From positions 13,228 to 56,655 of the forward strand of contig CAVKTQ010000003.1 in the NCBI GenBank assembly GCA_963659105.1: 43,428 nt of DNA, read 5' to 3'. Numbering within the stretch: position 1 is the first letter of the stretch; every line of letters starts with the position of its first letter. The position numbers and the translations under genes were made by a program. The notes below the pieces were generated by a model. It saw only the letters and a list, made by a program, of their open reading frames with translations. It searched no databases and was not told the DNA's origin. Of this stretch, positions 34,011-43,428 are shown in pieces. This DNA comes from Firmicutes bacterium CAG:238 (GTDB lineage Bacteria; Bacillota; Clostridia; Christensenellales; CAG-917).

Positions 34011-34802
34011 TTATTCTTTGTCGGAGGCGACTTCTTCCATTGCGGATTCGGTTGCGTTTTGACAATCCGTACATTCGCAGCAAGCGCATTGTTCTTCGTC
34101 GCAAGCGGTTTCTTTTGCGGATTTTGTCTTCTTCTCGCCCCAGTTGCGCATGACGAGGAATTTGTTGCCGAGAAAACTGATGATGAGTGCCGCGATGCCT
34201 GCGACCGCTTGTCCTGCGAGGTTGAAGAGCAGCGCGAGGAATCCGTCCGCATCGGGTTTTGCATTCCAGCAAGCGGATGTGATTGCGCCGCCGAGAAGGG
34301 TTTGCATAAAGATGATGAACACGGCGAGAATGACGTACATGATGCCGGAAATCACAATGTTGTTGGTGCAGTTGAAGGTCTTTTTGCGGTTAAGCACGAA
34401 CGTGAGCACTTGTCCGACAACCGAACCTACCAAGAAGCCTATGAACTCTGCCGTCGTATCATAGCCGAAAATCGCAAACGACGATACGGGAATGCCGACA
34501 AACGGAGCGGCAAGCGTGCCGCCTGCAAGGCGCAGAAGCGAGAGCAGATAAGTGATAATCATTTGCGAGCCGCCGCAGATGAAACTGAAAAGAGTGAATA
34601 CCACCATTTGGCGCACGTCTTCGTTGGATTTGATTTTGTCAACGAGTTTTTGAAGCCAAGCAGGAAGTTTGACTTTTTTCTTTGCTTTGCCGTCGGTTGT
34701 TTCGGTCGTTTCGGTCGTTTCGGTCGTTTCGGTCGTTTGATTCTCAACGACGTCTTGATTTTCGACGTTTTCGTTTGTTACGTCGGTTTTGATTTCGTCC
34801 AT
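34011..34802 (-). CDS. GtrA-like family membrane protein with an acidic (ETT)n N-terminus and a Cys-rich acidic C-terminal tail
   Basis: ATG 34802. A 4-TM core contains LNRKKTF and FLGNKFLVMRNW motifs (GtrA-like). The tail reads ACDEEQCACCECTDCQNATE. Confidence 0.6.
   Translation of the reverse strand: MDEIKTDVTNENVENQDVVENQTTETTETTETTETTDGKAKKKVKLPAWLQKLVDKIKSNEDVRQMVVFTLFSFICGGSQMIITYLLSLLRLAGGTLAAPFVGIPVSSFAIFGYDTTAEFIGFLVGSVVGQVLTFVLNRKKTFNCTNNIVISGIMYVILAVFIIFMQTLLGGAITSACWNAKPDADGFLALLFNLAGQAVAGIAALIISFLGNKFLVMRNWGEKKTKSAKETACDEEQCACCECTDCQNATESAMEEVASDKE
34694..34738. repeat. In-frame tandem repeat: 5 units of 9 bp (CGGTCGTTT) encoding (ETT)n
   Basis: Direct reading of 34694-34738. 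It lies inside the GtrA-like CDS. Confidence 0.9.
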
Positions 34803-34870
34803 AAGTTTCCGTCCTTTTGTTAGGATTTTATGTCTAACAAAGTGTATTATATAAGAATATACAACGTTTG

Positions 34871-35683
34871 TCAACGACTTGTTTTTTCAAGTGTACAGAG
34901 GCAAAAATCGGCGGTCAGCGAGAGGGCGTTTTTTTGCTTTACGCGCTCGACTTTGTCTTTTGGCGCGCGGTAGACGTACGGGGTCATCGTGAGCAAGTCG
35001 GAAATCTGTTTCGAGGATTCGAGATTGAAAGAATACGTGACTTCCTTTTTGCCTAAAAGCGAAAGAGTGCTGCTCGGCAAATCCGTTTCGACCTTTCTAA
35101 CGTCGTCGTAAAGCGCGCGGCGAAGTCCTATGAGGTGATTTTCGCAAGGGTACACCAAAACGAGAATACCGCCGCTTTTGAGCACTCGAGCGTATTCGTC
35201 CATAGCAAAGGGCGAAAACACGCAAACCACGACGTCTGCAAACTCGTCCTTTACGGGAATATCGTATACGCTTGCAACCGCAACGTCCGCTTGCTTTGCG
35301 CGCTTTGCGCAAATTTTCACGGCGTTTTTCGATATATCGACTGCGGCGTAAACGTCGCTTCCGTTGCGCCTTGCTTCGATTATGCGCGACAAATAGTAGC
35401 CCGTTCCTGCGCCTGCGTCCAAGAGGGTGATAGGACGATTTGCAAAATGCGAGTTAATCTCGCTTGCGATTGCCTCTGCCAAAGGCGCATAAAAGCCGCA
35501 ATCGAGAAAATCTCTGCGCGCTCTCACCATTTCGGCGTTGTCGCCGGGGGCGTTGGACTTTGGCGGAAGAAGATAAAAATATCCCTCTTTCGCGCAATCG
35601 AAAAGATGACCGTTTTGGCAAACGGCGGAACGCTCTGTCATAGCAAGAGGCTTTTTGCATACGGGGCATAAAAAGTTGGTCAT
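34871..35683 (-). CDS. rlmA: 23S rRNA (guanine-N1)-methyltransferase RlmA family
   Basis: 270 aa starting at ATG 35683. N-terminal zinc ribbon (CPVC...C..GH) and SAM motif LLDAGAGTGYY. Confidence 0.8.
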   Translation of the reverse strand: MTNFLCPVCKKPLAMTERSAVCQNGHLFDCAKEGYFYLLPPKSNAPGDNAEMVRARRDFLDCGFYAPLAEAIASEINSHFANRPITLLDAGAGTGYYLSRIIEARRNGSDVYAAVDISKNAVKICAKRAKQADVAVASVYDIPVKDEFADVVVCVFSPFAMDEYARVLKSGGILVLVYPCENHLIGLRRALYDDVRKVETDLPSSTLSLLGKKEVTYSFNLESSKQISDLLTMTPYVYRAPKDKVERVKQKNALSLTADFCLCTLEKTSR

Positions 35684-35770
35684 AAAAAGATTATAGCACC
35701 AAATCCGAATTGCGCAAACGATTTCAAAAGTCGATTGCAAAGCAATACGCTTTTGTGCTATACTCGAAGT

Positions 35771-37939
35771 ATGTTGGAACTTCTCGCACCCGCAGGGGAT
35801 ACGGAAGCGTTTGACGTTGCGATAGAGAGCGGCGCGGACGCGGTATACCTCGGACTTGACAACTTCAACGCGCGTATGAAAGCGCAAAATTTCGATTGCG
35901 TGGGTATTGCCGACGTCGTTTCGCGCGCCCATTTTTACGGCGTGAAAGTTTACGTCACCGTCAACACGATTTTGCAAAACGACGAGTTTAGCGACCTAAT
36001 ATCGCTCGTTAAAGCGGCGGTTGAGGCAAAAGTGGACGCATTTTTGGTGCAAGACCTCGGCGTATGCAAGGTGCTTAAAGAGTGTTTCGAGGGGATTGTG
36101 CTTCACGCAAGCACGCAACTCGGGGTACACAATCTGCTCGGCGCGAAGATGTGCGAAGAAGCGGGATTTTCGAGAGTGGTGCTGTCAAGAGAAACGAAAC
36201 TCGAAGACGTAAAAGCGATAAAGCAAAACACGAATCTCGAAATCGAATATTTCGTGCAAGGTGCGCTGTGCGTGGCGTTTTCGGGCAACTGTTATCTTTC
36301 GTCAAAGGAACAAGGCGCAAGCGGAAACAGAGGGCTTTGCAAGCAACTTTGTCGTTTGCCCTACCGCGCGGAAGTGGGCGGAAAAACCTACGACGGCTAC
36401 CTTTTGAGCGCAAGGGATTTGTGCCTTTACTCGTCGATTAAACAACTTGCCGAGGCTGGCGTATGCTCTTTCAAAATCGAAGGCAGATTGAGAAGAAAAG
36501 GCTACGTCGCGTGCGCCGTGCAAGCGTACAGAAAGGCGATTGACGAAGCGGAAAACGGAAAGAATCCCGTTCTCGACGACAAGACGAAAACTATGCTGAA
36601 AATCGCTTTTTCAAGAGGCGAATATCTTGAAAGAGCGTATCTCGACGACGGCACGCCGAAAGTCATCGAAAAAAGATTCAACAACCATACGGGCATAAAG
36701 ATAGGCGTTGTGCGAAGCGTAAAGGATTTCGGAAAGGACGGACTTTTCGAGATTACCGTTGCGACGAAATATCCGCTCGAAAAGGGCGACGGTCTCAAAT
36801 TTTTCGACGGCGACAAAGAAAAGGCGAGTTTGGGCATAGGCGAAGCGAAGCCGTGCGGAAGCGGCGCATACTCGTTCGTCACCAAAACGAAAGTTAAGGT
36901 CGGTTGGCAAGTAAATCTCATTCTCGACGCAAAAGCGGACGACGAACTGTTGAGAGCGAAGCGTTACGTTCCGATAAAACTCGAAGTCGAGGCTATGGAA
37001 GGTCAGCCGCTCGCAATTAAGGCGATATACGAAAAGGGCGATTGCAGATGCGAGGCGCAAAAGCGCACCGAGCAAGCGCTCGAAAAGGCGAAAAACGCAC
37101 CGATGAGCGCAAACGACGTGGCGGCGGCTTGCTCGAAAGTGGGCGACAGCGGTTTTTGCGTAACTACTTGCCAAGTGAACACCGACGGCGTGTTCGTGGC
37201 AAAGTCGGTTGTGAACGCTCTGCGCCGCGAAGTGCTTGCCGAGTTGAAAGAAAAAATCATAATTGCGAACGCACCCGAAAAGGTTACGTTCGACAAGGAT
37301 AAAGCGGACGAATTGCTTTCCGTTCTCGACGACGTAAAAGAGGTCGAGGCAAAGCAAATCCGAGTGGTGAAAAGCGAGAAAATCAAAAGCGTGCTTGTTA
37401 GAGCAAAAGAAACGTTTTTGCTCAAACCCGACGTTTATTCGGCGCAAAGCATACAACGAACGCTCGATTTGTTGGATTTGAGCGTTGATAACGTCATTCT
37501 CGATTTGCCGATACTTGCAAACGGCAAGGACTTGAAAGTGCTTGAAAAAGCCGTTGCGGAAAGCGGAATAAAACGCCTTGCGAGCGAGAATATATACGGA
37601 TTGTACTTTGCAAAGCAAGGTTACGAAGTGATTGCGGGCGAGGGGCATAACGTTGCCAACGTCTTTGCGGCGCGCGAGACAAAAGCACTCGGCGCAAGCG
37701 CGTATATGCCCTCGTGCGAATATAAGGACTTTCCCGCGTGCGACGACGTAGAGCGCATTGCCGTCGACGAGGATATACCGCTTATGACCTTTGCGCATTG
37801 TCCGTACAAAACGATTTTCGAGTGCGAGTGCAAGGATTGCGCCTACAAGCCTGACCTCGTGCTTGAAAGAGAAAAGAGAAAATACGCCGTGCGCAGAGTG
37901 CGACTTGCTTCTTGCCGATTTGAATTGTATCCGCTGTGA
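35771..37939 (+). CDS. U32 family peptidase-like protein (long form with C-terminal DUF3656-like region)
   Basis: Starts MLELLAPAGD...GADAVYLG, the typical U32 N-terminus. 722 aa. Confidence 0.82.
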   Translation: MLELLAPAGDTEAFDVAIESGADAVYLGLDNFNARMKAQNFDCVGIADVVSRAHFYGVKVYVTVNTILQNDEFSDLISLVKAAVEAKVDAFLVQDLGVCKVLKECFEGIVLHASTQLGVHNLLGAKMCEEAGFSRVVLSRETKLEDVKAIKQNTNLEIEYFVQGALCVAFSGNCYLSSKEQGASGNRGLCKQLCRLPYRAEVGGKTYDGYLLSARDLCLYSSIKQLAEAGVCSFKIEGRLRRKGYVACAVQAYRKAIDEAENGKNPVLDDKTKTMLKIAFSRGEYLERAYLDDGTPKVIEKRFNNHTGIKIGVVRSVKDFGKDGLFEITVATKYPLEKGDGLKFFDGDKEKASLGIGEAKPCGSGAYSFVTKTKVKVGWQVNLILDAKADDELLRAKRYVPIKLEVEAMEGQPLAIKAIYEKGDCRCEAQKRTEQALEKAKNAPMSANDVAAACSKVGDSGFCVTTCQVNTDGVFVAKSVVNALRREVLAELKEKIIIANAPEKVTFDKDKADELLSVLDDVKEVEAKQIRVVKSEKIKSVLVRAKETFLLKPDVYSAQSIQRTLDLLDLSVDNVILDLPILANGKDLKVLEKAVAESGIKRLASENIYGLYFAKQGYEVIAGEGHNVANVFAARETKALGASAYMPSCEYKDFPACDDVERIAVDEDIPLMTFAHCPYKTIFECECKDCAYKPDLVLEREKRKYAVRRVRLASCRFELYPL

Positions 37940-38052
37940 GCGAATACGAGCAAATTATATCGGGAATAATGAAATTATGACTTGTCAAAATCAAAGCGTT
38001 GTGCTAATATAATTGCAAGCGAAAGCGAATATATTTGTAAGGAGATAAAACT

Positions 38053-38223
38053 ATGCCCAGAGTTATCAGCGATGAGTGCATCCAATGCGGTGCTTGCGCA
38101 GATACTTGCCCCGTCGGAGCAATCGCAGAAGGCGACAGCAAATACGTTGTCGATCCCGAGCAATGCATCGATTGCGGCGCGTGTGAAGACGGCTGCCCCG
38201 TCGGCGCAATCAAGGAAGCGTAA
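38053..38223 (+). CDS. Clostridial-type 2x[4Fe-4S] ferredoxin (56 aa)
   Basis: Not in the ORF track because it is under 60 aa. AAGGAGATAAAACT precedes the ATG. Translation is MPRVISDECIQCGACADTCPVGAIAEGDSKYVVDPEQCIDCGACEDGCPVGAIKEA, with two CxxCxxCxxxCP motifs. Confidence 0.92.
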   Translation: MPRVISDECIQCGACADTCPVGAIAEGDSKYVVDPEQCIDCGACEDGCPVGAIKEA

Positions 38224-38242
38224 TTAGCAACAAAGATCAAAT

Positions 38243-38274
38243 AAAAAACGGTGCGATCGTCGCACCGTTTTTTA
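38243..38274 (+). terminator. Ferredoxin terminator
   Basis: CGGTGCGA tcg TCGCACCG followed by T7. Confidence 0.85.
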
Positions 38275-38449
38275 TTGCCGGAAAAATCGATTTTGAAAAA
38301 GGTATATTTACCGTTGGTTTTGAAAACTTCGTTTTATATCGAATAATATATATTTTTTGAATATCCGTTTATATATTAATTTTGAAAGGGGATTATAACC
38401 CAACACCGTTTCGTTGCCCGAAAGGGCGGTTTTAGATGTCGTTTGATTG

Positions 38450-38665
38450 TCATTTTTTGTTGCCGAACTCGTCTTCGAGTTCGAGCAGATAATCCGCGCT
38501 GACGTTGAAGAATCGCGCAATGGCAATCAAAGCGTAAGAAGTCGGCTCTGTTTTGCCGAGTTCCCACTTTGCAACGGCAGACTGACTCACTTGCAAAGCC
38601 CTTGCAAGTTCGTACTGGCTCATTTCTTGCGATTCCCTCAATTCCTTGATTATGTCTTTGAACAT
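38450..38665 (-). CDS. Small XRE-family HTH transcriptional regulator
   Basis: 71 aa. LRESQEMSQYELARALQVSQSAVAKWELGK is a classic Cro/CI-type HTH. I prefer ATG 38665. Confidence 0.8.
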   Translation of the reverse strand: MFKDIIKELRESQEMSQYELARALQVSQSAVAKWELGKTEPTSYALIAIARFFNVSADYLLELEDEFGNKK

Positions 38666-38671
38666 AATCAA

Positions 38672-38718
38672 AGAATACTCTAATTAAGTATTCTTGTACT
38701 TAACAAGTCTAAATAGAC
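38672..38718. promoter_or_regulatory. Three adjacent palindromes in the divergent XRE/lipoprotein intergenic region (candidate operators)
   Basis: AGAATACT-n7-AGTATTCT (38672-38694), CTTGT-actta-ACAAG (38693-38707) and GTCTA-aa-TAGAC (38707-38718). Confidence 0.45.
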
Positions 38719-38806
38719 TTAACGAGGCACTTGTCAAAGGAAAACGGACTTAATATCATAAAGATAATAGGGCAAAAGTCCCGTTTTTTTGGCGGAGGAA
38801 AGAAAA

Positions 38807-40420
38807 ATGTCATTGAAAAAATCATTTGTCAACGTCATTTGCGCGTTGATTTTGTGCGCGGTCGCGCTCACGCAATTCGTTGCGTGCGGCGATAACGGCG
38901 CAAACGACTCGAACAACGGAAATAACGGAAATAACGGCGGCGATACGCCCGTGATAAACGAGATTGAAATCGAAAGCGTGCTCGAACAAAACTCGGCGTA
39001 TGCAAATCTCGATTTGCAAACCGCAATCGAGGAATCGATTTTGCAACGAGTCGCTTCGCACTTTGACGTGACGACGAGCAACGTCGAATTGTTAGATGTG
39101 CAACGCAAAAACAATTTGACAATCGTGGCAAAAGTGAGCGGAAGCAAAATCGTCACGGCATATTGCCAAAACAACGCCTTTGCGGCATACGAGGGCGCAG
39201 ACAAAAAAGATTTGGTGTTGCAAAAGGCAGGCTACACCGCAACGCAGAAAATAGAGCAGTCCCAAAAAGACGAAGCAAACGCCAAAATCACACAAGCCGT
39301 CAACGAGATTGCGGCAACAATCGAGCAACTCGGAAATGCCGACTTTGACAAAACCAACGTGATTCTCGACGGATTTTCGGACGAAAAATATATCCCCGAG
39401 TCCTTGAAATCGGCGTGCGATTTTGCGTTTTTGGGCAAAGTCCGCGAGGACGGAACGGTGATTGCAATCACCCTCACAAACGGAACGCTCAAAGACAACG
39501 TTTTGTCCGTCGAGGGCAAGGAAGATTTGACAAACGAGCAGATTTTGGCAACCGTTGCAAGCGGAAACGGCTTTTCGACAACCACACGCACCATTGACGC
39601 AAGCAAAACCTACGAAACGCCAAAACTTATTGAATACGTCGATTTCGATACGGTTTTCAATGAGATTTTCGGAAAAGATTATTCGCTTCCGTCCCCGACG
39701 GAACTAATAGAAAATGCACTTCCGAACATTTATAATAAAGTTTTGAGTTCAAAACTAATTTTTTATTCTATCTACAACGGAACGTTTGTTTTTTACGCAG
39801 AATTTGTTGATAAATTGGATTGTACGGGTTTTAGTAGTACTACATATAAAGGCTCTGATTACGACAAAATCAGCGGATACGCAAACGATTATCAAGAAAT
39901 GTCGGGCAACTTCAAACAATACGTTTGCGAGAAGTATATGCAAAACAAAATAGAAGTCGGAAGTACAGAAGAAACGTCGTTAAAAGAAAATATGACTTCG
40001 CTCAAAACAAAACTCGATGATGAAATCGATGTTTTTGAAAAATTAGATAATAGCAAGTTCCGTAAAGGTGGCATACAAATCGACACAGATGATACGGTTG
40101 ACAAAGCGGCGTTCGGGAAAAAACTTTGCCCCGATAAAGACGTTATCGCCACTTATGTCGGAAGTTTGAGTAGTAAACAACTTAATGATACTTTTGGAAC
40201 GGGGTATGTAAGGGGATTTAATGTAGCAGTTGTTTATAAAGAAAACAATCAAGTTAAAATCTATACGGTTCATATTGTCGTTCCGCATTATACTAATGAC
40301 AACAATGAAGATTCTTATAATCGATTTTTACTAAAAACCGCATATTATTTTGTTAACGAAGTTACGGAAACGGTCAACAATCCCGTGCTTGCAGAGGGGA
40401 TAGGGGATAATCGAGATTGA
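38807..40420 (+). CDS. Hypothetical lipoprotein (537 aa), AT-rich 3' half
   Basis: ATG 38807 follows GGCGGAGGAAAG. Signal peptide plus lipobox (ALTQFVAC) and an Asn/Gly-rich linker. I recognise no domain. Confidence 0.75.
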   Translation: MSLKKSFVNVICALILCAVALTQFVACGDNGANDSNNGNNGNNGGDTPVINEIEIESVLEQNSAYANLDLQTAIEESILQRVASHFDVTTSNVELLDVQRKNNLTIVAKVSGSKIVTAYCQNNAFAAYEGADKKDLVLQKAGYTATQKIEQSQKDEANAKITQAVNEIAATIEQLGNADFDKTNVILDGFSDEKYIPESLKSACDFAFLGKVREDGTVIAITLTNGTLKDNVLSVEGKEDLTNEQILATVASGNGFSTTTRTIDASKTYETPKLIEYVDFDTVFNEIFGKDYSLPSPTELIENALPNIYNKVLSSKLIFYSIYNGTFVFYAEFVDKLDCTGFSSTTYKGSDYDKISGYANDYQEMSGNFKQYVCEKYMQNKIEVGSTEETSLKENMTSLKTKLDDEIDVFEKLDNSKFRKGGIQIDTDDTVDKAAFGKKLCPDKDVIATYVGSLSSKQLNDTFGTGYVRGFNVAVVYKENNQVKIYTVHIVVPHYTNDNNEDSYNRFLLKTAYYFVNEVTETVNNPVLAEGIGDNRD

Positions 40421-40432
40421 CGTAAGTAAAAA

Positions 40433-40470
40433 AAAGAGGCGACGGACTTTGAATCCGCCGCTTCTTTTTT
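40433..40470. terminator. Bidirectional terminator between the lipoprotein gene and clpB
   Basis: An imperfect hairpin, GAGGCGACGGA ctttgaa TCCGCCGCTTC, flanked by an A-run and a T-run. Confidence 0.6.
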
Positions 40471-40523
40471 ATAGGGAAAATTATGAGGGGTTTTAGTTTG
40501 TGCCACCGTCGGCGGCAAGGGGT

Positions 40524-43112
<2,589 letters not shown>

Positions 43113-43222
43113 AGTTCATACCTCCTTTGAAATATGTTCCGTGTCGTGCCGCCGTCAAACGACTTTCATCGACGCCGCTCGCCGCTTTGCTTGCGACCTT
43201 TGGCAATCTTTTCGCTTGACTG

Positions 43223-43276
43223 TTAGCACTCTTTATCTTCGATTGCTAATTATAGCACCAAATTTTGCAATGTCAA
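43223..43276 (-). promoter_or_regulatory. clpB promoter (TTGACA, 16-bp spacer, TGcTATAAT) with an overlapping CIRCE-like operator
   Basis: CIRCE candidate TTAGCACTC-n9-GATTGCTAA at 43223-43249, one mismatch to TTAGCACTC-N9-GAGTGCTAA. On the minus strand the -10 is at 43249-43254 and the -35 at 43271-43276. Confidence 0.65.
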
Positions 43277-43428
43277 TATATTCTGCACAAATTTTCAAGA
43301 TTTTTTTCAAGAGAAAAATTTAAATTTTTGTTAATCCTCTACACGAGTGTACGGCGTGTACTTTAATTACAATTTCCCCCTTCCTCACGTGTTTCCCCTA
43401 CCGCCGTTCCCCCTCTGCATACTTTGAG

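Overview
This is a 43.4-kb chromosomal segment that appears to come from a spore-forming Bacillota (Clostridia-like) organism. That placement rests on spoIVA, a clostridial 2x[4Fe-4S] ferredoxin, AGGAGG-type ribosome-binding sites and a composition near 50% GC by eye.

I support 34 protein genes:
- Housekeeping: DUF512-der, an aminotransferase, spoIVA, yhbY, rlmA, a U32 peptidase, clpB.
- Transport: a MATE exporter, a CDF exporter, potABCD with a PuuR-like HTH-cupin regulator, mscL, and a TPP-riboswitch-controlled ThiT-like transporter with a thiamine pyrophosphokinase nearby.
- Other: a tldD/pmbA pair, an orphan radical-SAM/SPASM enzyme, two lipoproteins (one with BspA-type LRRs), and a 56-aa ferredoxin that is missing from the ORF track.

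There is also one tmRNA, plus promoters, terminators and operators, including a CIRCE element in front of clpB.

I found no recognisable defence island, CRISPR array, transposase or prophage. The most unusual content is intergenic. Six loci, about 3.3 kb or 7-8% of the window, are built from one shared set of short modules:
- a ~200-nt 'L' element;
- an AT-rich GGAAnATTnAAATnTTCC palindrome ('hp');
- arrays of short perfect hairpins whose stems differ from unit to unit but which are joined by a conserved GATATCA(C/T) linker, often with a 22-nt period;
- a ~99-bp foldback element with GTCATTCWGAGG termini;
- a gene-3'-end module that combines stops in all six frames with a G-rich hairpin.

One array has expanded into 11 consecutive 22-bp units directly in front of potA. 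I could not match this repeat family to any family I know. It may still belong to a described family, because no database search was possible.

Secondary leads are a structured leader with a terminator upstream of the LRR lipoprotein, a 10 x 11-bp phased A-tract repeat beside the radical-SAM gene, a GtrA-like protein with a Cys-rich acidic tail, and an orphan HTH-MNT nucleotidyltransferase next to the tmRNA.
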